From an uncultured Gemmatimonadales bacterium (GTDB lineage Bacteria > Gemmatimonadota > Gemmatimonadetes > Longimicrobiales > Longimicrobiaceae): DNA of 64,000 bases. Below the pieces are notes generated by a model. That model did not search any database. It worked only from the letters and a program-made list of their open reading frames with translations, and was not told the origin of the DNA. The translations under genes and the position numbers were made by a program. The stretch is from positions 5,952,001 to 6,016,000 of the forward strand of contig OY970303.1 of assembly GCA_963716255.1 (NCBI GenBank), given 5' to 3'. Shown in pieces: positions 28,969 to 38,874 of this stretch. The first letter of the stretch is position 1; each line of letters begins with the position of its first letter.

Positions 28969-30023
28969 GCCCCGCCCGGGAGCGCGTGTCGCGGCTGCTG
29001 GACCAGGTGCGCGCCGAGTACGCGCCCGACCCGCGGCTGGCCGTGTTCGAGGTGGAGGCCGACGTGGACGGCGACGCGCTGGTGCTCGCCGGCGCCACCT
29101 CCGAGCCCGCCGCCGCCGAGGCGCTGCACCGGGGCGCCGCCTCCCTGGGCGCGTGGAGCGTGGTGCGCGACGAGGTGGCGCGCCTCCCCGCGGGCGACCG
29201 CGCCGAGGCCGCGCACGCCGTGGTCACCTCCGCCATCGCGCCCATGCAGGCCGCCCCCGCCGTCAACACCACCCAGGTGTCGCAGGTGGTGCTGGGCGAC
29301 CACGTCACCGTGCTGCGGCGCCGGGGGCGCTGGCTCCAGTGCCGCGCGCGGGACGGGTACCTGGGGTGGATCCACTGCGGCTACGCGGCGCTGCTGGACG
29401 AGACCGACGCCGTGGCGTGGGAAATGGGGACCCGGGGGGAAGCGTGGATCTCGCTGGGCGCCGAGCTGCGCGACGAGGCGGGCGAGACCTTCGCGCGGCT
29501 CCCCTGGGGCGCGCGCGTGGTGCGCGAGGCCCCGGACCGGGTGCGGCTCCCCGACGGGCGGCGCGGCCGCCCCGCCGGCGAGCTGGTGCCCGCCGCCGAG
29601 CGCCCCCTGCGCTTCCCGCTCCGGGGCGAGGCGGTGGTCGCCACCGCGGGGCGCTGGGTGGGGGCGCCGTACCTGTGGGGGGGGATCACCCCCGCGGGGG
29701 TGGACTGCTCCGGGCTGGTGCAGGCCGCCTACCGGCTGCACGGCCACCTGCTCCCGCGCGACTCCGACATGCAGTCCCGCGTGGGCGATGAGGTGGACCC
29801 CGGCGGCTTCGACGCCTTCCTCCCCGGCGACCTCCTCTTCTTCGCCGAGGACCCGGGGCGCTGCACCCACGTCGTGATGTCCGAGGGGGGCTCGCGCATC
29901 ATCCACTCGTCGCTGGGCAACGGGGGGGTGGCGCGCAACGACCTGCTGGGGACGCACAACTACGAGCGGGAGCTGCGGCGGATCTTTCTGTGCGCCCGGC
30001 GGATCGTGGGGGGCGCGGGGTGA
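28965..30023 (+). CDS. SH3 plus NlpC/P60 (C40) peptidase
   Basis: DGYLGW; GAPYLWGG...VDCSG, LPRDS, PGDLLFF, THV. Confidence 0.9.
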   Translation: MSPARERVSRLLDQVRAEYAPDPRLAVFEVEADVDGDALVLAGATSEPAAAEALHRGAASLGAWSVVRDEVARLPAGDRAEAAHAVVTSAIAPMQAAPAVNTTQVSQVVLGDHVTVLRRRGRWLQCRARDGYLGWIHCGYAALLDETDAVAWEMGTRGEAWISLGAELRDEAGETFARLPWGARVVREAPDRVRLPDGRRGRPAGELVPAAERPLRFPLRGEAVVATAGRWVGAPYLWGGITPAGVDCSGLVQAAYRLHGHLLPRDSDMQSRVGDEVDPGGFDAFLPGDLLFFAEDPGRCTHVVMSEGGSRIIHSSLGNGGVARNDLLGTHNYERELRRIFLCARRIVGGAG

Positions 30024-30040
30024 GGGGCGCCGGGGGCGCC

Positions 30041-30151
30041 TCAGCGCAGGATGAGGAGCTGCACCAGGACCCAGCCCACCAGGATCCCCGCCGCGATCCC
30101 GGCGAGGACCACCCCCCCCAGCTGAAGCTTCTCCCTGGTCCGGACTCGCAC
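30041..30151 (-). CDS. 36-aa single-TM small protein (absent from the ORF track)
   Basis: GGAGGAG RBS, GTG start, MRVRTREKLQLGGVVLAGIAAGILVGWVLVQLLILR; fills the gap between genes. Confidence 0.65.
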   Translation of the reverse strand: MRVRTREKLQLGGVVLAGIAAGILVGWVLVQLLILR

Positions 30152-30255
30152 GTCGTCTCCTCCCTGGCCGGTTCTGGAACGGTTTCCCCCGCGCCCGGGG
30201 CCCTTTGCGAGGAGCGTGCCGGGGCGGGCGCGGCCCCCGCGCGGGGGACCGCCGA

Positions 30256-30645
30256 ATGATCGTAGGCGTCGGCATGGACCTCGTCCAGGTCCGGCGGGTC
30301 CACGAGCTGCTGGAGCGAAAGGGGGGACGCGCCTTGGCCCGGCTCTTCACCGCCGCCGAGACCGCGCGCTGCCGCGGCGGGCGCAGCCCGCGCGAATCGT
30401 TCGCCGCGCGCTTCGCCGCCAAGGAAGCCTTCTTCAAGGCGCTGGGCACCGGGTGGGGGCGCGGCGGCGCGTGGACCGAGGTGGAGGTGGTCTCCGCCCC
30501 CTCCGGCGCCCCCTCCATCCGCCTCCACGGCGCCGCCGCCGCGCTGGCCCGGGCCGCCGGCGTGGCGCGCGTCCACCTGTCGCTCACCCACACCGACGAA
30601 CTGGCCGCCGCCTACGTGGTGCTGGAAGGCGGCCCGCCCGGTTGA
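30256..30645 (+). CDS. acpS: holo-ACP synthase
   Basis: MIVGVGMDLV, ARFAAKEAFFKALGTG, LSLTH. Confidence 0.95.
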   Translation: MIVGVGMDLVQVRRVHELLERKGGRALARLFTAAETARCRGGRSPRESFAARFAAKEAFFKALGTGWGRGGAWTEVEVVSAPSGAPSIRLHGAAAALARAAGVARVHLSLTHTDELAAAYVVLEGGPPG

Positions 30646-30717
30646 CAGCGCGCGCCGATCGCTCCACCTTGCCCGGCTTCCGCGTCCCCTGACGCCCCCT
30701 CGCCCGCCCCGGAGCCG

Positions 30718-31446
30718 TTGAGCGCAGCCCTCCTGTACGCACTCGCCGCCGCCGGGGCCAACCTGGCGGGGGGGCTGGTCATCACCACCGCCTCCCTGCA
30801 GGGCCGGCGCGCGCAGCGGATGCTCATCGCGTTCGGCGCCGGGTTCATGCTGGCCGTCGCCTTCCTGGGAATGATCCCGCACGCCCTGGAGGCCGCCCCC
30901 GGCGCCGCCGCCAGCGTCGCGGCCGGCTACCTGCTGGTGCACCTCACCCAGCACGTCGTCACCCCGCACTTCCACTTCGGCGAGGAGACCCACTCCGACG
31001 AGATGATGGGGCGCTGGGTGGGCGTCGCCGCGCTCCTGGGGCTGCTGCTGCACACCTTCTTCGACGGCGTCGCCATCGCCAGCGGCTTCGGCGTCAGCGC
31101 CGCGCTGGGCTTCCTCGTCTTTTCCGGCATCCTCCTGCACAAGATCCCCGAGGGGGTCACCGTGGCCTCCATCATGCTCGCCAGCGGGAACAGCCGCCAG
31201 CGGGCACTCTGGGCGGTCGTGCTGCTGGGGCTCTCCACCGTGGCCGGGGTGCTGCTCACCGAGCTGGTGGCGCCGCTGCGCACGCACGGGCTGGCGCTCA
31301 GCGCGGGGGTGACGCTGTACGTGGCCGCGTCCAACCTGATCCCCGAGGTGCAGAAGGAGCGGAGCTGGACGTCTGCGCTTTCCGTTTTTGCCGGGTTCGC
31401 GGTGTATTTCCTGGCGCGGTCCCTGGTGGGGGGGATCGTCGAATGA
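30718..31446 (+). CDS. ZIP family metal transporter
   Basis: HFHFGEETH, LHTFFDG, LHKIPEG. Confidence 0.9.
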   Translation: MSAALLYALAAAGANLAGGLVITTASLQGRRAQRMLIAFGAGFMLAVAFLGMIPHALEAAPGAAASVAAGYLLVHLTQHVVTPHFHFGEETHSDEMMGRWVGVAALLGLLLHTFFDGVAIASGFGVSAALGFLVFSGILLHKIPEGVTVASIMLASGNSRQRALWAVVLLGLSTVAGVLLTELVAPLRTHGLALSAGVTLYVAASNLIPEVQKERSWTSALSVFAGFAVYFLARSLVGGIVE

Positions 31447-31468
31447 ACGGCTTGAACGGCTCTGAACT

Positions 31469-31605
31469 GCGGGTTCGGGCGTGCCCCCGGCTGGCGCCGG
31501 GGTCGGGCTTCGGCTCCGTAGGGCTGCAAACAACGCAGCCCAACGGAGTCGAGCCCGCGCAAACAGCCGCGCGGTCTCGCCCCTTCGGGCCGGAATCCCT
31601 CACGC
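31469..31605 (+). repeat. repeat family B copy 4
   Basis: scaffold match; ends 10 bp before the rarA ATG. Confidence 0.9.
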
Positions 31606-31615
31606 GGGTTTCGTT

Positions 31616-33007
31616 ATGAGCGACGACACTCTCCCGCTGTTCGGCGACGAGCGGGCCGGGGCGCCTGCGGCGCCGGCGCGCGCGTCCGAGGCGTTCGCCT
31701 CGTCCGCGTCGCGCTCCGGCGCGCCGCTGGCGGAGCGGATGCGGCCGCGGACGCTGGACGAGGTGGTGGGGCAGGAGCACCTGGCGGGGCCCGAGGGGAC
31801 GCTGCGGCGGCTGCTGCGGGCGGGGCACCTCCCCAACCTGATCCTGCACGGGCCGCCGGGGAGCGGAAAGACCACGCTCGCCCGCGTCATCGCCGAGGAG
31901 GCGGAGGCCACCTTCGTCCCCTTCAGCGCCGTGAGCGAGGGGGTGCCGCGGCTGCGCGAGGTCGTCAAGGAGGCCGAGCAGCGGCGGCGCGGCGGGCGGG
32001 GGACGCTGTTGTTCGTGGACGAGATCCACCGGCTCAACAAGGGGCAGCAGGACTTCCTCCTCCCCTTCATCGAGTCCGGGCTCCTCACCCTCATCGGCGC
32101 CACCACCGAGCACCCCGGGTTCGAGATCAACCCCGCCGTGCTTTCCCGCTCGCGGGTGCTGGTGCTGGAGCCGCTGCGGCCGGAGGACGTGCGCGCCGTG
32201 CTGCGCCGCGCGCTGGACGACGCCGAGCGCGGCCTGGGGGAGCTGGGGACGCGGCTGGACGACGAGGCCGAGGACGCGCTGGTGCGGGCCACCGGCGGCG
32301 ACGCGCGGCAGGCGCTCACCGCGCTGGAGATCGCGGCGCGGCTGGCCGGCCCCGGCGCCACCCTCACCGAGGAGATGGTGCGCGAGGGGCTGCAGCAGCG
32401 CACCGACCGGTACGACCCCACGCTGGCGTACGAGATGCTGTCCGCCTTCCACAAGTCGCTCCGCTCCTCCTCCGGCGAGGGGGCGCTGTACTGGGCCATG
32501 CGCATGGTGCGCGGCGGCGAGGATCCCAAGACGCTCTTCCGCCGCATGATCGCCATGGCGTACGAGGACGTGGGCCTCGCCGACCCGCAGGCCGGCGTCG
32601 TCGCGGTGCAGGCCATGCTCGCCTTCGAGCGGCTGGGCGCGCCCGAGGGCTATCTCCCCATGGCCAACGCCATCCTCTACCTGGCCCAGGCGCCCAAGTC
32701 CAACCGCGCGTACATGGCGCTCCACGCCGCCACCGAGGCCGCGGAGCAGCACCCGGACGCGCCGGTGCCCCTTGCCCTGCGCAACGCCACCACCGGGCTG
32801 ATGAAGGAGTGGGGGTACGGCAAGGAGTACCGGTACGCCCACAACTACGAGGGCGCCGTGGTGGACCAGCAGTGCCTCCCCGACGTGATCGCCGACGCCC
32901 GCTTCTACGAGCCCTCCGACCGCGGCTTCGAGCGCGAGGTCGCCGCGCGCATCGCCGAGCGGCGGCGCGCCCTGGGCCGCGGCGACGCCCCGGAGCCGCC
33001 GGCTTGA
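31616..33007 (+). CDS. rarA: replication-associated recombination protein A
   Basis: PLAERMRP, GPPGSGKTT, DEIHR, SAFHKS, EDVGLADP, PKSN. Confidence 0.95.
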   Translation: MSDDTLPLFGDERAGAPAAPARASEAFASSASRSGAPLAERMRPRTLDEVVGQEHLAGPEGTLRRLLRAGHLPNLILHGPPGSGKTTLARVIAEEAEATFVPFSAVSEGVPRLREVVKEAEQRRRGGRGTLLFVDEIHRLNKGQQDFLLPFIESGLLTLIGATTEHPGFEINPAVLSRSRVLVLEPLRPEDVRAVLRRALDDAERGLGELGTRLDDEAEDALVRATGGDARQALTALEIAARLAGPGATLTEEMVREGLQQRTDRYDPTLAYEMLSAFHKSLRSSSGEGALYWAMRMVRGGEDPKTLFRRMIAMAYEDVGLADPQAGVVAVQAMLAFERLGAPEGYLPMANAILYLAQAPKSNRAYMALHAATEAAEQHPDAPVPLALRNATTGLMKEWGYGKEYRYAHNYEGAVVDQQCLPDVIADARFYEPSDRGFEREVAARIAERRRALGRGDAPEPPA

Positions 33008-34236
33008 GCGCAGGCGCCGGGCTCCTCCTGCGCCTGGACGCGCGCCGCCTGCGCGGCGAACTGCGGCGCCCGCGCGCCGGCTCGCTCCTGGGCGTGCTGC
33101 TGCCGCTGCTCGTGCTGGCGGCCGGTATGCTCGTGGCGGGCCCGCGCCTGCGCCCCAGCGCCGCCGACGCCGAGGGCGCCGTGCTGCTGGGGCTGTGGGT
33201 GGGCGGCGCGGTCGGCTTCGTCGCGCACCCCCTCCTCCTCCGCCCCTCCGACGACGGCTTCCTCCGCCGCCTGGGCATTCCCGCAAGCTCGCTGTACGCG
33301 CACCGCGCCGCCCGCGTGCTTGCCGCGTCCCTGGGCATCGTGCTGCTCCTGCTGCTCCCCTTCGCCGCGGCGGGCGAGGGTGCGGCGCGCCCGCTGGCCG
33401 TGGGGCTGGCGGCGGGCGTCGCGGCGTGGGGCGCCGCGCTCTTCTTCCTGGCGCGGGCGGCGCTCGCCGTCGCGGGCGGGGGGAAGCCGGGGCTGTCGGC
33501 GCGGATGATGGGGTTCGACGGCGGGCTGGTGAAGGCCGCGCCGCTGGTGTACGCGCCGCTCTACCCGCTGCTGGCGGGCGCCGCCGGGGCGGGGTACGCG
33601 GGCGCCGCGCCGGGCGTGGACGCCGCGCGGGTGCTCACGGTGCTCGTCGTCGCGGCCGGGCTGGCGGCGCTGGGCGCGCGGCGCTTCGAGCGCGCGCTGC
33701 CGCGCTTCGCGCCCGCGGCGAACGAGATGGCGTTCGAGCCGCCGCCCGCGAAGGGCGCGGGCGCGCTGGTGACGGACCGCGGCCTGGCGCGGCTGCTGCC
33801 GCGCCGGGTGGCCGCGGCGTGGGCGCGCGACGCCGCCGTGCTGGGTCGCCGCTTCCGCTGGGCGGGGCGCATCGCCTGGCCGGTGGCCGCGGGCGGCGCC
33901 GTGGCGCTGCTGCGCTGGGGCGACGCGGAGGCGGTGCGCGGCTGGGTGGCCGCCGCGGGCGCGCTGGCGCTCGCCGCGCAGGGCGCCGCGCTGGTGGCGC
34001 TGGGCCGCCACGAGCGCGGCCCGCGCTGGATCGACCGGGGGGTGGGGCTGGGGTGGGGCGCGCGGCTGGGCGGGCGCTGGGCGGCGGGGGCGGGGATGGC
34101 CTTCTGGCTGGTGCTGCCGCTGGCGCTGTGCTGGGGCGCGCGGGGGCCCGGCGGCCCCGGCTGGGAGTGGCTTCTGGCGGCGCTCGCCACCAGCGGCGGC
34201 GCGGCGGCGGTCTCGGTCGCGGCGGCGGGGAGGTGA
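33004..34236 (+). CDS. multi-pass membrane protein, probable ABC permease
   Basis: many hydrophobic segments; coupled to rarA and the ABC ATPase. Confidence 0.65.
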   Translation: MSAGAGLLLRLDARRLRGELRRPRAGSLLGVLLPLLVLAAGMLVAGPRLRPSAADAEGAVLLGLWVGGAVGFVAHPLLLRPSDDGFLRRLGIPASSLYAHRAARVLAASLGIVLLLLLPFAAAGEGAARPLAVGLAAGVAAWGAALFFLARAALAVAGGGKPGLSARMMGFDGGLVKAAPLVYAPLYPLLAGAAGAGYAGAAPGVDAARVLTVLVVAAGLAALGARRFERALPRFAPAANEMAFEPPPAKGAGALVTDRGLARLLPRRVAAAWARDAAVLGRRFRWAGRIAWPVAAGGAVALLRWGDAEAVRGWVAAAGALALAAQGAALVALGRHERGPRWIDRGVGLGWGARLGGRWAAGAGMAFWLVLPLALCWGARGPGGPGWEWLLAALATSGGAAAVSVAAAGR

Positions 34237-34979
34237 GAGTGGAGGACGCGGCCGTGCTGGAAGTGCGGGGGATGGGCAAGGCGTACCGCGGGCGCGCCGT
34301 GCTGCGCGACGTGGCGTTCGCCGTGCGCCCGGGCGAGTGCGTGGCGCTGCTGGGCTCCAACGGCGCCGGCAAGAGCACGCTGCTGGGGTGTCTCACCGGC
34401 GACCGCCTCCCCGACCGGGGCACGGTGCGCGTCTGCGGCGCCGACCCGTTCTCGGACCCCCGCGCGGCGGCCGGGTGTATGGGTGTGGTCCCGGAGCGGC
34501 CCTTCCTGTACGAGGAGCTGACGGTTTCCGAGCTGCTGCGCTTCGTCGCCGCGGCGCGCAACCTGCCGGAAGCGGATGCCGCGGCCGAGGCGGACCGCCT
34601 GCTGGCCCTGCTGGGCCTGCGCGGCGCGGAGGAATTGCTCTGCCGGGAGCTGTCGCAGGGGATGGGGCGCAAGACGGCGCTGGTCGTCGCCCTGCTCCAC
34701 CGTCCCCGCGCCATCCTGCTGGACGAGGCGCTGAACGGCCTGGACGCCCCCTCGGTGCGCCGCGTGGTGGAGGAGCTGGACCGCCGCCGCGCCGCGGGCG
34801 CCGCGGTCCTCCTGTCCAGCCACGACCTGGAGCTGGTGGCGGAGTGGTGCGGCCGCGGCATCCTGCTCGCCCCCGGCACCCGCTGGGCGAGCCTGGAGGG
34901 CGACGCCTGGCAGGCCTGGCGCGCCGCGCCCACGCTGGAGCTGGGGGAAACGGCAGGGCCCTCACCCGGCTCGCTTTAG
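34233..34979 (+). CDS. ABC transporter ATP-binding protein
   Basis: GSNGAGKST, LSQGM, ILLDE, SSH. Confidence 0.9.
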   Translation: MRVEDAAVLEVRGMGKAYRGRAVLRDVAFAVRPGECVALLGSNGAGKSTLLGCLTGDRLPDRGTVRVCGADPFSDPRAAAGCMGVVPERPFLYEELTVSELLRFVAAARNLPEADAAAEADRLLALLGLRGAEELLCRELSQGMGRKTALVVALLHRPRAILLDEALNGLDAPSVRRVVEELDRRRAAGAAVLLSSHDLELVAEWCGRGILLAPGTRWASLEGDAWQAWRAAPTLELGETAGPSPGSL

Positions 34980-35189
34980 GCTCGCCACCCTCTCCCAATT
35001 CTGGGAGAGGGTGCCGGGGGGAGGGGGCCCCCGCGGACGCCAGCGCGAACCCCGCGTGAGGGATTTCGGCCCGAAGGGGCGAGACCCGGCGGCAGTTTGC
35101 CGGGGCTCGACTCCGTTACGCAGCGTTGTTTGCTGCGTTACGGAGCCGAAGCCCGACCCCGGCGCCAGCCGGGGGCACGCCCGAACCCG
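34957..35189 (-). repeat. module D plus repeat family B copy 5 (35054-35189)
   Basis: near-identical to the copy at 48573 in opposite orientation. Confidence 0.9.
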
Positions 35190-35232
35190 GCAGCTGCAGT
35201 CCGGTCTTACGATTCTGAAAAAGGCAACGAAC

Positions 35233-35724
35233 ATGATTCGCTCGACGACGCGCGCCGCGCTCTCGCTCCTGGTCCTGGCGATGCTCACCGCCTGCGGGAC
35301 CTTCGGCTTCCGCCAGCCCCGGGTGACGCTGGACGGGGTGCAGCTGGGCGGCCTGGGCCTGCGCGGCGGCACGCTGCTGGTGAACCTGCGGGTGGAGAAC
35401 CCCAACGGCTTCGCCCTGAACGCGGAGCGCCTGCGCTACGACCTGGCGCTGCGCGACCCGGACGAGGCCGGCGACTCGGCGTGGATCGACTTCGCCACCG
35501 GCACCTTCGACCGGGAGTTCACGGTGGGCGCGCGCGCCACGGAAACGGTGCAGATCCCGGTGGAGTTCAGCTACGCCGGGCTGGGCGGCGCGGCGTCGTC
35601 CATCCTGCGCAACGGCACCTTCCACTACCGCGCCAACGGCGAGGTGGACGTGGATACCCCCATCGGGACGCGCTCGGTGCCGTTCACCAAGCGGGGGACG
35701 TTCACCATGGCGGGGGTGAGGTGA
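35233..35724 (+). CDS. LEA type 2 / WHy domain lipoprotein
   Basis: lipobox LTAC; LRVENPNGFAL. Confidence 0.85.
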   Translation: MIRSTTRAALSLLVLAMLTACGTFGFRQPRVTLDGVQLGGLGLRGGTLLVNLRVENPNGFALNAERLRYDLALRDPDEAGDSAWIDFATGTFDREFTVGARATETVQIPVEFSYAGLGGAASSILRNGTFHYRANGEVDVDTPIGTRSVPFTKRGTFTMAGVR

Positions 35725-35725
35725 C

Positions 35726-37681
35726 GTGACGCTGGTCCGCTTCTCGGGCGTCGGGAAGCAGTTCGGGGACCGCTGGGTCCTGCGCGGCGTGGACTTCCAG
35801 GCCGCGGCCGGGGACCGCTGGGGGATCGTGGGGCGCAACGGGGTGGGGAAGACGACGCTCTTTCGCCTGCTGACCGGCGCCGACGACGCCACCGAGGGCG
35901 AGATCTGGCGCCACCCGGGGATCCGCTTCACGCTGCTCCGCCAGAACCGGGGCGAATCGAGCGCCGCCACCGTCCGGGAGGCGGCGCTCGAGCCGTTCGC
36001 GGAGCTGCTTGCGATGGAGGGGCGCATCGAGGCGATGGCCGCGGAGCTGGGGCGCGTGGACACGGCCTCGCCCGAGGGCGGCCGGCTGCTGCGCGACTAC
36101 GACCGCGACGTGGAGGAGTTCCGGCGCCGCGGCGGCTACGACGCGCACGCCCGCGCGGAGGCGGCGCTGGAGGGGCTGGGCTTCCCGCAGGACACGTGGG
36201 AAAAGGAAGTGCGCTCCCTGAGCGGCGGTGAGCTGGGGCGGCTGCGGCTGGCGCAGACGCTGCTCGCGGAGCCGGACGTGCTGCTGCTGGACGAGCCCAC
36301 CAACCACCTGGACCTGCGCTCCACGGAGTGGCTGGAGGCGTTCCTGCGCGGCTACGCGGGGACGGTGATGGTGGTGTCGCACGACCGGGTGTTCCTGGAG
36401 CGGCTGGCGGACCACGTGCTGCACCTGGAGGAAGGGACGGCCTTCGCGTACACGGGGGGCTACGAGTCCTTTCTGACGCAGCGCGAGGAGCGGCGCGCGG
36501 TGCAGCTGAAGCAGTGGGAGAAGCAGCAGGCGCACGTCGCCCGCACGGAGGAGTTCATCCGCCGCAACCTGGCGGGTCAGAAGACGAAGCAGGCGAAGAG
36601 CCGCCGCACGCTGCTGTCGCGCATGGAGCGGGTGGACCGTCCGGACGACGAGGGGCGCGCGATGGCGCTGCGCTTCGGCGAGGGCGGCCGCAGCGGGGGC
36701 ACGGTGCTGAAGCTGGACGGGGTCACGACGTCGTTCGGCGAGCGGCGCCTGTTCGCCCCGTTCTCGGCGGAGGTGAGCCGCGACGAGCGGGTGGCGGTGG
36801 TGGGAGCCAACGGCAGCGGCAAGTCCACGCTGATGCGCGCCCTCGCGGGGGAGACGCGGCCCACGGGCGGCTCGGTGCTCCCGGGCGCCGGGGTGCGCGC
36901 GGCCTACTACCGGCAGGACTTCACGCACCTGGATCCGGCGCGCCGCGTGTGGGAGGAGGTGCTGCAGGCGTCGCCCGCGCTGCCCATGGGCGAGCTGCGC
37001 GACCACCTGGCGCGCTTCCTCTTCCGCAAGGACGAGATCGAGGCGCACGTGGGGGACCTGTCCGGCGGGGAGCAGGCGCGCGTGGCGCTGGCGAAGATCA
37101 CGCTCCAGCGGGTCAACCTGCTGCTGCTGGACGAGCCCACCAACCACCTGGACATCGAGAGCCGGGAGGTGCTGGAGGAGGCGCTGGAGAGCTTCGAGGG
37201 CACCGTGGTGCTGATCTCGCACGACCGCGCGTTCCTCGCCAACGTGGCTACGCGCATCTGGAACGTGGAGAACGGACGCATCGCGGACTTCGCGGGCGGC
37301 TTCGACGAGTGGCAGGAGCGGCAGCGGGAGCTGGCGGCCGGCGTTTCGGCGGCGCCGTCGCGCTCCACGGCACCGTCGTCCGCGGGCGCGGCGAAGCCGG
37401 CCGCGTCGTCCCCGGCAGCGGCGGGAACGGGCGGCGGGCTCTCCAAGAACGAGCTGCAGCGGCGCCGGCAGCGCATGGAGCAGGTGGAGGCGCGGATCCA
37501 CGAGGTGGAAGAGCAAATCGCACGGGTGGAGACGGCGCTCGCGGCGCCCGGGCTCTACGCGGCGGGCGCGGACCCCAGGCGCGCGCAGGAGCTGGCCGCG
37601 GAGCGGGACGCGGCGCGGGCGGAGCTGGCGGCGCTGTACGCGGAGTGGGAGCGGGTGGGGGAGGAGCTGGCGGGGGTGTGA
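35726..37681 (+). CDS. ABC-F family ATPase
   Basis: two NBDs with LSGGE and LLLDEPTNHLD, no TM, C-terminal coiled coil. Confidence 0.93.
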   Translation: MTLVRFSGVGKQFGDRWVLRGVDFQAAAGDRWGIVGRNGVGKTTLFRLLTGADDATEGEIWRHPGIRFTLLRQNRGESSAATVREAALEPFAELLAMEGRIEAMAAELGRVDTASPEGGRLLRDYDRDVEEFRRRGGYDAHARAEAALEGLGFPQDTWEKEVRSLSGGELGRLRLAQTLLAEPDVLLLDEPTNHLDLRSTEWLEAFLRGYAGTVMVVSHDRVFLERLADHVLHLEEGTAFAYTGGYESFLTQREERRAVQLKQWEKQQAHVARTEEFIRRNLAGQKTKQAKSRRTLLSRMERVDRPDDEGRAMALRFGEGGRSGGTVLKLDGVTTSFGERRLFAPFSAEVSRDERVAVVGANGSGKSTLMRALAGETRPTGGSVLPGAGVRAAYYRQDFTHLDPARRVWEEVLQASPALPMGELRDHLARFLFRKDEIEAHVGDLSGGEQARVALAKITLQRVNLLLLDEPTNHLDIESREVLEEALESFEGTVVLISHDRAFLANVATRIWNVENGRIADFAGGFDEWQERQRELAAGVSAAPSRSTAPSSAGAAKPAASSPAAAGTGGGLSKNELQRRRQRMEQVEARIHEVEEQIARVETALAAPGLYAAGADPRRAQELAAERDAARAELAALYAEWERVGEELAGV

Positions 37682-37706
37682 CCTTCTCTCGACGCAGGAG
37701 AGTCCA

Positions 37707-37916
37707 ATGACTCGCGAGGTCCTTGTCCGTTGGAGCGCCGAGGACGCCGTCTTCGTCGCCGAAGTGCCTGAACTTCCCGGATGCATGGCGCACGGAGATT
37801 CGCAGGAGGCTGCGCTCACGAACGCACAGGACGCGATCCAGCTCTGGATCGACACTGCCAAGGAATTCGGTGATCCGGTTCCGGAGCCGAAAGGGCGCCG
37901 CCTGATGCTCGCATGA
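37707..37916 (+). CDS. HicB-family antitoxin (orphan 1)
   Basis: WSAEDAVFVAEVPELPGCMAHGDSQEAAL. Confidence 0.85.
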   Translation: MTREVLVRWSAEDAVFVAEVPELPGCMAHGDSQEAALTNAQDAIQLWIDTAKEFGDPVPEPKGRRLMLA

Positions 37917-38116
37917 CTGATCCGCTCTCCCGGCTCACGATCGAGACTGACCGTGAGGAGGACGGCCGCTGGATCGCCGAGGTGGTGGACCTTCCCGGCG
38001 TCCTCGTCTACGGCGCTACCGAGGAGGATGCGACCCATCGCGCGAAGCTGCTTGCGGCAGAAGTGCTGGCCGATCGGGCAGAGCACGGAGAGAGTCGCGG
38101 CGGCCTGGCCGAGTAG
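37913..38116 (+). CDS. HicB-family antitoxin (orphan 2)
   Basis: EEDGRWIAEVVDLPGVLVYGATEEDA. Confidence 0.8.
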   Translation: MTDPLSRLTIETDREEDGRWIAEVVDLPGVLVYGATEEDATHRAKLLAAEVLADRAEHGESRGGLAE

Positions 38117-38439
38117 GGATGGCGTCTGCGAAGCGGAGAATCCACACCTGAACGGGCGAGCGGAACGTCGGGTCTACTCGCCCGCCGCCGTTTCACCCCT
38201 GGCTAGGTGGAGCCCGCCCTCGAAGGCCGGCACGATGATCGCGGCATCTGCGGGGCCGGCGGACCGGAACCGGGATCTCGCCGCCACACCCATTGCGGAG
38301 TGCGGGCGTCTGATGGCACCCTTCCGGCCGAGGGGCGCTCGTGCGAGCGGTAGCTTCCGCACCGGCCGCGGCGGCAAACGGGACGTGATGTCGGGTGTAC
38401 AGGAGTGACGATTCGGCGCACAGTTCAGAGGAGCAGGTG

Positions 38440-38649
38440 ATGAGAACCTTCACCGCAGTGGTCGAGCGTGACCCGGAATCGGGAATTTACGTGGGCTACG
38501 TACCCGGTTTTCCTGGTGCGCATTCGCAGGGGGACACGCTCGACGAGCTGAACCAGAACCTCCAGGAGGTGATCGAAATGCTCTTGGAGGATGGTGACCC
38601 CAAGCTGGAGGCGGAGTTCGTCGGGACGCAGACGGTCAAGGTCGCCTGA
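38440..38649 (+). CDS. hicB: HicB-family antitoxin
   Basis: YVGYVPGFPGAHSQGDTLDELNQNLQEVIEM. Confidence 0.85.
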   Translation: MRTFTAVVERDPESGIYVGYVPGFPGAHSQGDTLDELNQNLQEVIEMLLEDGDPKLEAEFVGTQTVKVA

Positions 38650-38874
38650 ATGGGGGACAGGCCGGTCCTGAAGCCACGGGAAGTCATCGCCATTCTGGAG
38701 CGACTCGGCTTCATCGAGGTCCGACAGAAGGGCTCGCACAAGCGGTTCCGGCATCCGGACGGGCGTGGTACGACAGTCCCCTTCCATGCTCATCGCGACC
38801 TCCAGCCGACTTTGCTTCGCCAGATCGCGAAGGACGTCGGATTGGCGCTCGAAGACCTTCTGAAACGCCGGTGA
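38650..38874 (+). CDS. hicA: HicA-family mRNase toxin
   Basis: [28 protein letters not shown]. Confidence 0.9.
   Translation: MGDRPVLKPREVIAILERLGFIEVRQKGSHKRFRHPDGRGTTVPFHAHRDLQPTLLRQIAKDVGLALEDLLKRR

Noticed and set aside
31469..31605. Family B as a riboswitch/leader for rarA
   Set aside because: Other copies lie antisense to or between convergent genes of unrelated function.
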